A stretch of 64,000 nt of DNA from Octopus vulgaris (Eukaryota). Below, one piece after another: positions 14,211 to 28,506 of the stretch. A program made the position numbers and the translations under genes. Position 1 is the stretch's first letter. Each line of letters begins with the position of its first letter. The stretch is taken from NCBI GenBank assembly GCA_951406725.2, contig OX597821.1, positions 2,294,001 through 2,358,000 of the forward strand. Direction: 5' to 3'. The notes under the pieces were generated by a model. The model saw nothing but the letters and a program-made list of their open reading frames with translations, was not told the origin of the DNA and did no database searches.

Positions 14211-14212
14211 TG

Positions 14213-14276
<64 letters not shown>

Positions 14277-14844
14277 CCTACATGCATATGTATATATACA
14301 CGCATGCATACATACATACTTAAATACATACATAGATACATACATACATACATACATACATAGATACATGCATACATACATACATACATACATACATACA
14401 CAAAAGCTATCAGTGAAAAACTCCGGCATCAGAAGTGAATAACCAAGAGATGAACAATGAACAAAAAATTTAACCGCAAATAGATAGCAGTGTAGAGAGA
14501 CCTGAGAGGCGGAGCAGTAAACATCTCTGAAGCGCCTCTTCGAGAAGACATAGACTTCTTCTGGAGGGAAATTTGGAGTGAAGAGAAGGAATTTAATCAA
14601 GATGCTCTGTGGCTGGAAGAAATCCGAAAAAGTTATTGCTCCTGGGTTACATCCAAGACATACAACATTGATGGTAAAACTCTTGCAACTTATTTGGAAC
14701 TTATTTTGGAAAGCCTGGTACTTATTCTATCGAACTCTTTTGCCAACCCCTACACTCATTTACAGGAACATTAACAATCCAACACCACTTGACAAAGTCA
14801 CACACAATCATTTTCCCCCGCCACAAACATACATACACACACGA

Positions 14845-14990
14845 TGACTTTCTTTCAGTTTCCATCTACCAAATCCACATATAAGACTTCGGTCTGCATG
14901 GAGCTATATTAGAAGATACTTGAGCAAGGTGCCTCGCAGTGGGACTGAAACCGGGACTATGTGGTTCGGAAGAAAACTTCTCATCTCACA
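14845..14990 (-). mobile_element. SINE family 1, degenerate 5' part
   Basis: ttctttcagtttccatctaccaaatcc...gcagtgggactgaaaccggg. Confidence 0.65.
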
Positions 14991-15899
14991 GATAAAATTA
15001 CCCAATCAAATATGCTTGAACGTTATTTGAACATGTACCATGCTTCCTACTGCAGCCTATTCTATACCCTCATTATCACTAAATATACGTGCCTCTCTGT
15101 CTTCTATAAATGTGGAGACTTTAACCCTCTCTGTATCTGTGCGGAACTGAACCCGGAACCATGTGGTTGAGAGGCGAGCTTCTACCTCACAAACACACCA
15201 GCGCGTTGAAATATGATTGAGCGATATTTGAACCGGTAACGGCTTCGAACTGCAGCGTATCCTCTTTGCTCAGTAACTCTGAATCTATCTGTCTCTCTGT
15301 AAAGACTTTTCCTCTCTCCGTATCTGTGTGTATTCTTGTCTCTCGATTAATTATCTGCCGTAATTCAAAATTCTCTTCTTCCAGATTCACTGACATAAGT
15401 AGCAGTGACAATACATCAATCGATGTAATCGATTACATTCCCTTCTTAATAAATCTGGCCTTGTACCCAATCAAAGAACACATTATTAAAGGAAGGCATT
15501 GAAAACCCATCTATTACGTCAATGTTTGCCACTGATATTTAATATCTTCCTTCTGTATTATTAACTCAGAGTTAATCTATTTATGATATATATTTAACAG
15601 CATTTCCTTTCATAACACCAGCGGCCCTAATTGATACTGCTTTCTTACATGCATACGGGGCCTTGCACTAATTAATATTGATGATGTCAACGCATTGCGG
15701 TCGTGGTGATTGCATCCAGTAGCTTACAAGTCACGTGCCTTATTCACTTCTCTTATACCATACCACATGCAATTGTTTGTTTCATTCTTGTTATTAGCAT
15801 TTTTGTTGCGTTTGTTTTACATTTGTATTATTGATAATAATATTACAACTATTAACATTATAATGATAATAAAGATAACAGTAAAAATATAATGGAAAT

Positions 15900-16053
15900 A
15901 AAAATAACAAAATTTATGATTGTTATTATTAGTTGTAGTAGTGACATTATTATTAATGGTGTTGTTATTAGTATTATTATTATTACAGTTAGTGGTATTA
16001 ATCGTAGTAGTAGTAGTAGTAGTAGCAGTAGTAGTAGTAGTAGTAGTAGTAGC

Positions 16054-16099
<46 letters not shown>

Positions 16100-16140
16100 A
16101 CAGTATTAATAGTAGTAGTAGTAGTAGCAGCAGCAGCAGT
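15900..16140. repeat. (TAG)n/(TAT)n microsatellite
   Basis: Seen directly. Confidence 0.95.
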
Positions 16141-16295
16141 GGTCGAATATTTTTTAATTATTTTTGTGTGACTTGTTGCTGGCACTCTGCAACATATATA
16201 TCTCTATATATTTCTCTGTATTTATTATTTATGCATATATACACAAGTGTGTATGTATATACGTATGTATGCATGTACGCATGTGTGCGTATATA

Positions 16296-16375
<80 letters not shown>

Positions 16376-17623
16376 TATATACATATATGTTATAGTGTGT
16401 GTATGACATACATATCCGTGCGTATGTGGAGTGAGAATATGAATCTCGTCTATTGTTTAGAGTTTGGCGTAAAAAGTAATTACCATCATGAAATGTTAAT
16501 CAAAAACAATTGATTAGCGAAATTAACATATAAATACTTATACCTAAAAGAAATAAATCAAATTATGCAGGTAAATCAATACATGTAGTTACATATGCTT
16601 ACATACATATATACATATACGTATCAACATGCATATATACGTATGTACATACATACATGCATACTTACATACATATATGATGATTGCTTCATCTTGACAG
16701 ATTGTAGACGTCCATCAACATACATACATGCATACATACATACATATATACATACATAGACACATGCATACATACATTTATACATACATACATACATACA
16801 CGCAAATATGTAAATATTGTGATGAAAAATGAAGTGACACATATCTTACTTTTCTGCAAGGTGCTCTTTAGGAAAATTTCTTTTCCTGACTCTCTCCCAT
16901 TCAACCACGAAATAACAGACCAACATAACTCAAAGGCGATCTAGATATCAAACGCTCAGGATAACTAAACAGACCATGCTTAGATATGTTTCCCAAAGAC
17001 TTGAAGAAGACATAAAATTTACATAGAGCACTGCATCTCTTGGACTTGTGGTCGCTACATTACATCACAAACTATTTTGCTGAACCGCTTAGGTACTTTG
17101 GTTTACAGGCTTTGAATGCTCTATTCACATCTGTAGGACAGCTGATATCTATGGCGGTATACACCAGCATAACCGCAGGACTTGCATTTTAGTATGGCAT
17201 TTATCACACCGCCCCATAAACCAACTCGCTAAGTTACGAAGACTGAAACAGTGTGAGGACAAACACACACACTGACACACACAAATATATATATATGTAT
17301 ATTCTGGACAGGATTTCCCGCACTTTTTGTTTTCTACCTCCACTCAGAAGGCATTTGTCTCCCCAGGATCACAATACAAAACGCTTATCTATGGAGGCAA
17401 TGATTACAAAGCAACGTCGAATTTGTTAATGGCATAAAAGCAAGACTGATGTATGATTTGAAACCAATGCTCAGAATAACAAGAATAAATACATTTATAA
17501 ATGTCAGATATAAACTCGAGTATCAAAAACCCTAATGAGAAATTAACTCAGTTAAAGAAAATTACTATCACGTTCTGAAGCCGGCACAGCAAATTTTATA
17601 TACATTTATAAAATATAAAGACT

Positions 17624-17828
17624 TCGTGCTGGCAGAATAGCTACGGCACTGCAAAGAATGCTTCACGGTAATTCTCCTGTCTATAAGTTCTGAGTTGAAA
17701 TGCCAGCATTGTCGCCTTTCTTTTTCATCGTTTCTGGATCCATAAAACTAGTACCAGTCGTATATTGTAGTCAATGCAATCAAATTACCTCTCCACCGAA
17801 ATAGCTGGCCATGTGCCAACATTTGAAA

Positions 17829-17830
<2 letters not shown>
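17624..17830 (+). mobile_element. SINE family 2, degenerate
   Basis: gctggcagaat...gttctgagttgaaat...gtaccagt, matching the reverse complement of 37930-38161. Confidence 0.6.
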
Positions 17831-17912
<82 letters not shown>

Positions 17913-19099
17913 GAGATAGATAGATAGATATATGGAATACACCTCCGTAGTAGACAACTGATATGTGATAGGTCATTTTGCTATCGATATCCTGAACATC
18001 CTATGTAGATTCATGTTGTTTGTAAATATATGTCAACCGGTAAATAAGTATGTGTGAATCATTCTAGACTACAATTTTCTCCAGTGCATCTAAGAAGAAA
18101 ATTGTTTCATCTCACATCTTCAAGAAGTGGAATGCTGCTTTAATATCCAGCGTTGCTTAATTACGCAATACTGCGTTAACTGCTCCGGAAATTGTATGAT
18201 TTGAATTTATAGATATTCTTCATTTTATTTTGTGACTGTTTATATTTTCCTCCTAAAAGTAAGGTAACTAATTTCTATTTCTTTAATGAACAGGAAATTC
18301 TCTCTTTCATGTACCTCAACATTGATATGTGTTATGTATGTCGGAATTTACACGAGTTTTTATTTAACTTGATATAAGTAATTTCTCCAGCGTATGATAA
18401 CTTTTACGACGTCTGTGATTCCTGTACTTCCAGCAGTAATTTTCTGATAAGTGGTAGTTATATTCCTGCAGTTATATTTGCGTTGAGTGTCTTTTTTTCA
18501 GTTTAGTTGTCAGTTTACCATCCGATCCTATATATAACAAAACAAGTTTAGATTGCAGTAACATACATTCCATTAAAGATTTGATGGTGACTATGTCAAT
18601 GCGGTTGGTGAACGTTTCTAGAATGCGCCTTGTAATATATGTAGTTACATTTGCACTTCACGGGGGATTATATAACGGAATATTTCTAATATTTCTAACC
18701 TATATTTAGTACTTCATGGTAACACACGATAGATGGATTTCAATTTGTCAAAAAACAACATTTTCATGGAATTGTGTTGTAAACTTGTGAATATGTAATG
18801 AGTTTGTCACTGTCAGACGATGGATTAGACAGCGTCTATCAATATTATCTGTTATATTATCTTATGATTTTGGACTGGCTGTTGGACATTCTATAATTAA
18901 TGGCTCATCGTTTGATATATCACTCTGATTGGCTTTCGTTCTTTTAATGCCTATTAAAAATCATATCTGGTTCAATTCCGCGCCAGAATTTACCTCTATA
19001 TATTTGAAATCAAGTTTCAGTCATGTGTGGCAAAACTGAATTTAAACACAATGGGTGAACAAAAATGAAAAAGAACTGAATTATTTTTCAAGGAGAACG

Positions 19100-19881
19100 T
19101 ACAGAAGCCGTAATATAAATAGTAGGAAGTAAATTTCTAAAGAGAAATTACAAACCCCTTTTGAGCGTATAAAACTCTAGAAGAAAATAACTGAAGTGAA
19201 AAACTTGAACAATTTTAGGATAAGTTTTTCTAACGCATCACCGCTTAGTGGCGTGATTGAAATCTCATTGGTTATAAGGGCTTATCGGCTGTTTGTGGCA
19301 CATTGAGATCATACGACCGCACGCACAACGTTTTTCGATAGGAGAAATAAATATAGTGTATTTAAAGAAACACTGCAAAAATTTTTAAATAAGTAATGTT
19401 GTAGGGAGAAGGTAGAAATACCGTAAAGACAACGATATTTACACAGGACAAAATTGAAATACACTGAGGATTTTACACATGATTAATTGAAAGACAATAA
19501 TTTGTGCAGAGAAGTAAGTGTGTGAGTGAGTTAAAAAGAGAGAGGAACTATAGACATAGACTATAAGGGAGGAACTATTAGAGAGGATGAGAGAGAATAT
19601 GTGTAAACAGGAGAAACAGAGAATGAGAAAAAAAGAGAGAGGAGAAAACTAAACAGAGAGAGAAAAGGCAACAACTCGTTTGAAAAACGCAGACGTTTTT
19701 TTTAGAGAAAACACGTGTAAAACACCTTTTTTCTTGGTTTCTCACTTTGCATAGGAGCTCTGGGCCAAATCATATAGTGCATGACCTTCCTTGTCACGGA
19801 AGTAATGTGTGTGTAAAGTCGGTGAAAATCAGTTGAACTTTAGAAATGCATACGTACAGAGACATCCTTTCTTTTATATGT

Positions 19882-19885
<4 letters not shown>
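19100..19885 (-). mobile_element. Possible non-autonomous Helitron-like remnant
   Basis: The minus-strand start atataaaagaaaggatgtc...caactgattttcacc resembles Helitron-derivative 5' ends. No 3' end found; boundaries are rough. Confidence 0.3.
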
Positions 19886-19924
<39 letters not shown>

Positions 19925-19925
<1 letters not shown>

Positions 19926-20400
19926 GATGGGTGAATGAATTATCCTATGTTTACCGTCAACATGGAAAATTCGATGAACCGATACCAGGGTAGTAAATTC
20001 ACGTCAGAAACACGTTTGAAGCGACCTATCCAAAGGTAAAACTCCGGGTTCATGTGCAGAAATTTGTGTGTTATATATGAATAAATAAATAAATGGAGTT
20101 GAACGAAGATGTTAATAAACTTCCTTTACTTTCGACATATGTTTCGAAGACAACATGGTTTTATTCCAAAGGAATAATCGGTGTAAGATGCAATCTTCTC
20201 ATCAGGAAAGAACGGGAGCCTCTCTCAACAACAAGACAAAATAATAATTACGATGCCTGCCTACATGATAAACAAAATGTTAATAAGTGTTTAAAAAAAC
20301 CGTTAATAGAATTGACGTCAAAGTTAGATAGTAGGAAGAGAAGGGTTAAAGGAATAATAAATAGAGAACAAATAGAGAGGGAGGGGTACGTTTATTAAAA
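19925..20400 (-). mobile_element. Family A HHR element, 3' end in (TA)n
   Basis: Homologous to 5686-5981 (HHR, ggtatcggtt, gataattcatt). The 5' boundary is approximate. Confidence 0.7.
20129..20210 (-). ncRNA. Type I hammerhead ribozyme, canonical core (family A)
   Basis: Minus strand: CTTTC-CTGATGA-[GAAGA...TCTTC, 53 nt with inner hairpin ttattcc/ggaataa]-GAA-ACATATGT-C-GAAAG. Confidence 0.92.
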
Positions 20401-20534
20401 GAATGTTCAAAGGCTTAGGAAAGGATTTATCTATTGAAGTGAAGTGCACGTTAAACTAATTGTTCAAACTATAACGACTATCGAAATCATTTATATGAGT
20501 AAAAAGTATGTTTCTGCCGGTGTTTACATTTGTA

Positions 20535-20611
<77 letters not shown>

Positions 20612-20616
<5 letters not shown>

Positions 20617-20905
20617 GTAAATTAATATGTGACAATTATTCAATAGCCAAGATAAAACTCTGAGTTTCGGATGCCGAGGTGGAAATCCAAACCACCATCT
20701 CTTCGGTTATCTGGCCATCTTTGTCCGCTTCGAAATCTTCCAAGATAATCGAAGAGATGGTGGTGTGGATTTCCACCTCGGATATCCAAAACTCAGAGTT
20801 TTATCTTGGCTGTTGAATAATTGTCACATATTAATTTACAGATAAATTTCCTCTATTTACATAATATTGCGGTCACTTTCTTTCTTTTGTTATTTTACCG
20901 TTTTT

Positions 20906-20910
<5 letters not shown>
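20612..20910. mobile_element. Fold-back element with HHR-like motif in both arms
   Basis: Inverted arms 20612-20714 and 20740-20844, a tail to about 20910, and (TA)n on both sides. Confidence 0.8.
20647..20714 (-). ncRNA. Type I HHR variant (CCGAAGA core)
   Basis: Minus strand: agataa-CCGAAGA-gatggtgg...ccac..catcc-GAA-ACTCAGAGT-T-ttatct. The plus-strand twin at 20740-20809 has a 9-bp stem I (ccaagataa/ttatcttgg) but a mutated core (TCGAAGA, AAAA). Confidence 0.65.
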
Positions 20911-20956
<46 letters not shown>

Positions 20957-20999
20957 CACACACACACACACACACACAGATATGTGTATATATTTATGT

Positions 21000-21286
21000 C
21001 TCAGTGGTTAGGGCGTCGGACTCATAATCATGAGGTTGTGAGTTCGATTCCCGAACCGCGCTGTGTATTGTGATTTCAAGTTGCTCTAGATCACGTCGCT
21101 GATGCCAATCTGTATCAGCCTTTGCCTATCCTTGGCTAACATCGGTAGCATGGAGAGAGGTGGCTGGAATACATGGATGACTGCTGGTCTTCCATAAACA
21201 ATATTGCCCGTACTTGTGTCTAGGTGGGGAATTTCTAGGTAGAATAGCAAGGTCATTCATGACCGAAGGGTGTCCTTATCCTTTTA
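21000..21286 (+). mobile_element. tRNA-Met-like SINE with RTE-type tail
   Basis: A box ctcagtggttag, anticodon loop ctCATaa, B box gttcgattcc, tail ggtcattcatgaccgaaggg. A further partial copy lies at 22901-23003. Confidence 0.75.
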
Positions 21287-21527
21287 TATATACACGTATG
21301 CACTTCTTACATGCATCCTTACTATTTTAAAAATAAAATTAAAGAACTCAATAAAGTAAAATAAAATATACACATATTTATAAATGCAGTCACGTGTAAT
21401 CTTTTAACATACATTATCACTTTTACTTTTATATTTGTATATGTGTTTTTATCTATCTATCTATGTATTTATCTATCTGTCTAACTATAACTATAACCCT
21501 ATCTAACTATCTATCTAGCTACCTACA

Positions 21528-21650
<123 letters not shown>

Positions 21651-23083
21651 ACCTACCTACCTACCTGTCTCCCTGTCTACCTATCTATCCCTCTATCTTT
21701 ATACATATACATATATATATTTATACGCGTATGCTTAAATTTATATGATTTATGATTTTATGAAAGTATACACACACGTATAAAGGATGCATGACAGAAT
21801 ATATCTGTATGCCTTCGCAATCATAAAGATAATGCATGGGCTTAACGGCTAAACACGTCTGGCAAATGTTACGGAAATGAATGAACGAAATTTAGGCTCT
21901 TGTCAACTGCCTCACTAAGCTAAGGCTTATAGCACTATCGATGACTCATACCTAACTAAGTGCATGTAGGTCGTCAACACAGTTAGACAGTGTTTACTAG
22001 ACAAAAAAAGCGAGAAACGTATTGTCATATTTGAACCACTGAGAAAAAATTAAACACCACGAGCGGAAACGAATATAGGGTTGTAATTCACAACTAAGAG
22101 AGAACGAAATGAAGCAGACCAAACGGCATAAAAGAAATGTTTATAATAACAAATAAACGTAAAAGTCTTCAGGAAAATTAGAACAAAACACCGCTGTAGA
22201 TTATGACAAAGTTCTGCGTGAAAGAGAAAGAAGATAAATGTAAGAGCTGCAGAATATCCTTAAAGCAATGGCGGTTAAGAGAACAGAAACAGGTTCCTGA
22301 TAAAGGAGTTCATAGATAAAAGCGGTGCCCCAGCATGGCCACAGCTCATTAGCTGAAACTGGAAAAATCAAAATCAAAATCAAATCTCTAGTTAGAGCGG
22401 AAAAAGGAAGACAGTACGAAGGGTGTTAACATGACGTTATATCGAATATTATATAAAATATTATACCTATATGTTCCTACTAGACATGTATAAGATATTA
22501 ACAAGAAAATTATGTGAACTATTCTGTTGTGTCTGGGGAGAGTCATTTTCTTTTTGTGCCTTATAATATAACACACTCACCGGTAAAATTTCCACTTTTT
22601 TCTTACTTTTATTGTCCTAAAATTTTCGTTGCGTCTTGCAACCTTGTCAATAGTTTTGACTCTCAGACAATAGTCTTCTCAGACACAACAGAATATACTT
22701 CAACACACGAACTCACATAAAGAATCTTGCAAACCAAACCCCAACACGAAATATGTGAAATATAAATATCAAATTATATATGTATATGCATTTACATATA
22801 CACTTCTATATATTTATATGTTTCTCTGTGTGTGTATGTGCGTGCATGTGTGCGTGCATGTACCTGTGTAAGTGTTTGTGTGTGAGTAAGTGTGTTTTGT
22901 GGATGCATGGATGACTGATGGTCTTCCATAAACAATATTTCCCGTACTGGTGCCTAGGTGGGGAACTTTCTAGGTAAAATCACAAGGTCATTCATGACCG
23001 AAATGTGTCTTTGTGTGTGCATGTATGTATGCGTGTATGTATGTATGCATGTATGTATGTATGTATGCATGTACGTATGTATG

Positions 23084-23116
<33 letters not shown>

Positions 23117-23133
23117 ATATATATATATATGTA

Positions 23134-23206
<73 letters not shown>

Positions 23207-24003
23207 ATATATATATATATGTATATTTATATATATGTATATATACAGTAGCACTAATACCAGGCTTCGCCCGGGTCAACGAGTATGGAATTTAAAACGC
23301 CTTATAGATTACGCAGGTCTATCTATGTATCTATCTATCCATGCAGAACATGCTCACTCAGTTTGCCACTCGGTGGAATTGAACCCAGAACATACAGCAG
23401 AAAAGCTACTTCCTCCCCACCAACTACGCGCTTGTCTGTTCAACGACACATACAAATACACACCCACTGACATTCATAAATATGTATTTTGTGTATGTGC
23501 GTGTGTGAATAGATTCTATTTATTCGTATGTGTATATGTGTGTTTGTGTATATGAATATGTGTGCTACTAAAGAAATTTATGAAAAATAATATCGATACA
23601 ACCAAAGAAACAAACGAATCAATTTCTCAGTGAAATTTTAGTACCAATGAATAGAATTTCGAATATATATCCCCAGATCTTCAGTAATGCCAATACGCGT
23701 TAATTTAAGATGCTTTGTACAAAACTACTTCATCGTTCAAATGGTCACGTCAGAGATACATTTTTATTTCACTGTTGCTACGGTGTTAACCTCTTAGCAC
23801 GGATAGATGCCATTTTTCTTTTGAAATGATATTTCTTAGCAACGAGACATAATACCTTAAAAGAATAGATGATACTTGATATCATGAAAAGAAAGTAAAG
23901 TTTTCTAACAACACAATTACCAAGCCATGAAAAGGAAAAGCGATTATTATTGAAAGATAAAGTTATTGAAAGCTTCTCTGATATATGTATGTGTATGTAC
24001 ATT

Positions 24004-24143
<140 letters not shown>

Positions 24144-24171
24144 CACATATATGTGTGTGTGCGTATATGTG

Positions 24172-24217
<46 letters not shown>

Positions 24218-24317
24218 TATATACATATATATATACATACATATATATGTATGTATATATATATATAAGCATATATAAACATGTTTACGTATATATACAT
24301 AATATATAGATGCATAT

Positions 24318-24385
<68 letters not shown>

Positions 24386-24989
24386 GTGTATATATATATA
24401 CATATATTCTCAATTGCATTTACGTCCCGTATAAACCTTTTGTGTGTTTATCACCCATTTAACGGTACAAAGAAAATTATCTAATTAAGGGAGGACTTAT
24501 ATGTTTCTGTGCATGAGAGATGCATCCTATTGGTCAGCTCTATGTTGTTATCAGAAATGCGCGCTTGCTTGGAAAGAGATGTACACTTTTTATACGTAAG
24601 TACCTCTATATGTACGGCTAACATTGTGGGCTTTGACGATATTGCTTTTGTTTCTTCATTGAGTTTGTGCATATTAAACTTCTTGTTGATGAGGACAGGC
24701 TTCTTTTGTAGATTGATATTGCAACGTCCATCTTGCAATATAATTTGAAGTGTTTTAATGTTATTTTGAGTGGTTTCTTTTCATTCTATAATGTTCTCCA
24801 AACGGAGCCAGTTTGTGATCGAACAGAACAATTTTTTTTCTTTTGCTACTAACAATAGCCAACGTTAAAATAATTCGATGGATGAACTTTAAAGATGCGA
24901 GATATGTAATAAGCTCAACTACATATTCCTATTGAAATCTTACACGATTTCGTTGACTCGAGTGAACAAAATTAGTAGTTACAGCATTG

Positions 24990-25720
24990 TGTAAAGGGCG
25001 GGAAGCAAAACTTGCATTAAAAGTTACACAAATACTCTCAGCAACCACAATACCAATTGATATGAAACCTAATGCAGAACACAGGATACATTGTCAGCTA
25101 ATTACAAGCTCAATTTTACAGGAATATTGAAGAATATGACTGCTTAGGAAAACAAACGCCAAAAAGTCTGTGATTCCGTCCGTGCACAAGTCAATCTGAA
25201 GAGGATCTCAGACATAGTTGTTTATAACATCATGAAAAGAGTGGACATGGGCAATAGCATTCAGAGGAGGTCTGGCAGTGGTGGAGCCAACAAGAAGCGG
25301 AATCAAGACTTCATCAATACTCCCAAGGCCAAAATTTCAACGCATCCAGCCACATCCTTCAGGAAGCTGGCTTCTGAAATTGAACTTGATCACAAGAACG
25401 TCAGAGCAGCTATGAATGATAATTTGGGCCTCAAGTCCTACAATAGGACACCGAGACGCTTATTGGCAGAACCTATCAGGGCTAGGAGATTGGAGAGGCG
25501 AATTGGAGTTCTTAAGAAGAGCCGGTCCGCTATGAAAATTTTCTCTGACGAGAAAATCTTTACTGTGGATAATGTTGTCAACCGCAGAAACAACCGGTAC
25601 ATTGCGAGTGAACAGCTGACATCAAAGACACCTTCAGAACAAAACATTCAACCCAGTTCATTGCTGTTGTGGCTTGTAACAGATGAAAGATGCCCTTCTA
25701 CTTCTACAAGTCTCGAGAAC
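24990..25720 (+). mobile_element. 5' half of a decayed Tc1/mariner (maT-like) transposase
   Basis: RRSGSGGANKKR...SFRKLASE...LGLKSY...RARRLERR...KIFSDEKIFTVD..NRRNNRY (first catalytic D motif). Confidence 0.85.
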
Positions 25721-26007
25721 AGAATGTCATGTTCACAAAAGGGAGACAGTTTGTGATCGAACAGAACAATTTTTTTCTTCTGCTATTAAAAAAAGTCAAA
25801 GTCAAAATAATTCGATGGATATACCTTAATGATGCGAGATATGTAATAAGCTCAACTACACTGTGATACTTTTTAATATCTTGGCCTCTGAAGCAGGTGG
25901 ACGTACGATATTTTGACCAAAAGAACCGTCCATTAGAAGGAAAAACAAAGTTGGCCACCGATCTGTACGTGATAACGAGAGCGTTTAATATTTCCCCAGA
26001 AAGGGAT

Positions 26008-26140
26008 GATCTGGCAGAATTTTTAGCACATCGGAAAAAATATTTTTACGTTCTGAGTTCGAATTTCTCGGAGGTCGATTTTGCTTTTCATCTTTTTGAT
26101 GCTGATAAAACTGGTACCATTTGAGCACTGGAGTCGGTGC
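26008..26140 (+). mobile_element. SINE family 2 fragment
   Basis: ctggcagaa..ttagcac...acgttctgagttcgaatt...gaggtcgattttgcttttcatc. Confidence 0.65.
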
Positions 26141-26224
26141 CCTGTGGCAATTGGTGGATGACAAAGACAATGCAGCAGTTATGGATGCACTTGAAGCTAC
26201 TCTCACAAACCAAAACACAGGCGG

Positions 26225-26710
26225 CTCAGCCACGGAGACCCTCCCACGAGCTGATCTACCAAAGACTTACTCACTTTTGAGACAAGTTCAAGTCAGGTGG
26301 GTAGGGCACCTTGTTCGATTACCTGACACACAAAGAGACTGCATTATAGAGAAATGGAGGAAGGCAAGTGCACGCAGGATAGACAGAAAAAGCGCTTCAT
26401 GGATACAGTCAAAGCCTTACTGAAGAGTATTCAGATCAATACAAAGACCTGAGAACCGCAAGTATAAGACCGCCCTGCATGTGAGCTGCAGAGGCGCCAC
26501 CTCCTACAAATAGAATAGGATTTCCGGGACACAGATTAAACGTGAAATGCGCCTGTCCAGAGTAATCTCCTAGATCTCAGCTCAAGCAGACTGACATTAA
26601 CCAAACAGCGGCAAATTTGGCATCGGACACATTAGACAGCGAGACATACTGTGTTCCGCCTTCTCCCAGGTGACATCTTTGGCCATCAGCCTCAATGACG
26701 GAAGAAATAA
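26225..26710 (+). mobile_element. RTE-clade LINE 3' remnant
   Basis: LLRQVQVRWVGHLVRLPDT, then frameshifted EGKCTQDRQKKRFMDTVK..DR, matching the RTE ORF2 C-terminal RWxGHxxR motif. Followed by (TATG)n. Confidence 0.85.
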
Positions 26711-27165
26711 TATATGTATGCATTTATTTAAGTATGTATGTATGTATGTATGTATGTATGTATGTATGTATGTATGTATGTATGTGTGTGTGTATGTATG
26801 TATGTATATGTGTGTGTGTGTATATATATGAGTGTATGTTGTATGTATGTATGTATATGACATGCGGTTGGCGGTGAGAATATTCTATTTAGAAAGACAA
26901 ACGAGGTAGAAATGAACATATAGCATACTCACTAGCCGGTGCAGGACCATTTTCATCTACGGAAATCATTTGTATAATAGAGCAAAGGGCGTTAATAACA
27001 ACAGACACCGTCTAGGGATAACTATTGCTGGAAATGTACTTTATCGTGATGTAGAACATATCAGCGTTAACAATAATACGCACAAGTTTCCCTCTGGCTG
27101 GCTGTCCGTCTCTTCTACTCTGTTTCTCTTTACACACACTCACACACACACGCACATATGTGTGT

Positions 27166-27228
<63 letters not shown>

Positions 27229-27245
27229 CTATCTATATATCTATA

Positions 27246-27312
<67 letters not shown>

Positions 27313-27371
27313 ATATGTCTTAAAATGGCTTATAATGTCGAAACACCTAAGTCACTGTTAATATAATTCTT

Positions 27372-27414
<43 letters not shown>

Positions 27415-27486
27415 GTTGTACATATATAAATATATATATACATACATGCATACATATATACATATACATATGTATGTATGCATACT

Positions 27487-27533
<47 letters not shown>

Positions 27534-27581
27534 GCATGCATATATAAGCGCGTGCACACACACATATGTAAGTATACATAT

Positions 27582-27645
<64 letters not shown>

Positions 27646-27650
<5 letters not shown>

Positions 27651-28505
27651 CATAGCCCAACTGAATAGGGAGAGAGTCAGCTTGGATGAGATGCAGTTTG
27701 GTTTCGTGCCAGGAAAAAGCACCACTGATGCCATATTTCTGGTAAGGCAGCTGCAGGAGAAATACCTAGCCAAGGATAAGCCCCTGTACCTGGCTTTCGT
27801 TGACATGGAGATAGCCTTTGACATGGTCCCCCGATCCCTTATCTGGTGGTCAATGAGGAAACTAGGAATAGATGAATGGTTAGTGAGAGCTGTGCAAGCC
27901 ATGTACAGAGACGCTCTAAGTAAGGTGAGGGTTGGCAACGAGTACACTAAAGAATTCAAAGTAGAGGTAGGGGTCCACCAAGGTTCAGTCCTCAGCCCCT
28001 CCTATTTATCATAGTCCTCCAGGCAATAACGGAGGAATTCAAGACAGGATGCCCCTGGGAGCTCCTATATGCTGATGACCTTGCTCTAATTGCTGAGTCA
28101 CTATCAGAACTAGAGGCAAAGTTTCAAGTGTGGAGACAAGGATTAAAATCGAAGAGCCTTAAAAACAACCTAGCTAAAACCAAAGTCTTAATATGTAGGA
28201 AGGCAGGCAAATCAGAAACGCCTTCAGGTAGATGGCCCTGCTCGATCTGTAGAAAAGGCGTAGGTAGAAATTCTATAAGATGCACCAAGTGTAAGCTATG
28301 GACACATAAGAGGTGCAGCAATGTCAAAGGAAGGCTAACTCGAAAGATAGTTTTTGTATGTGGCAGATGCTCGGGAGCAATAAACACTGAAAATGCTCAG
28401 AGACCAACTTCCACCACATTCCAGGGAGAAAAACTAGAAGTAGTTGATAGCTTCCGTTACCTAGGTGACCAAGTCAGTAGCGGGGGCGGGTGTGCTGAAA
28501 GTGTC
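27646..28505 (+). mobile_element. RTE/RTEX LINE reverse transcriptase fragment (one frameshift near 28000)
   Basis: [15 protein letters not shown]...[10 protein letters not shown]...[10 protein letters not shown] / LLYADDL...KTK, a Cys-rich PHD-like insert CSIC..CTKC..HKRC..CGRC, then FRYLG. Confidence 0.95.
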
Positions 28506-28506
28506 A

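Noticed and set aside
18000-18950. Non-repetitive stretch that might be a decayed Penelope or Helitron ORF
   Set aside because: No diagnostic motif recovered by eye; needs tBLASTn/HMM.
21000-21060. tRNA genes at 21000 and 35612
   Set aside because: No complete cloverleaf; both continue into SINE bodies.
25897-26124. ORF ending FAFHLFDADKTGTI, resembling an EF-hand
   Set aside because: The motif lies inside a SINE family 2 fragment, so the resemblance is chance.
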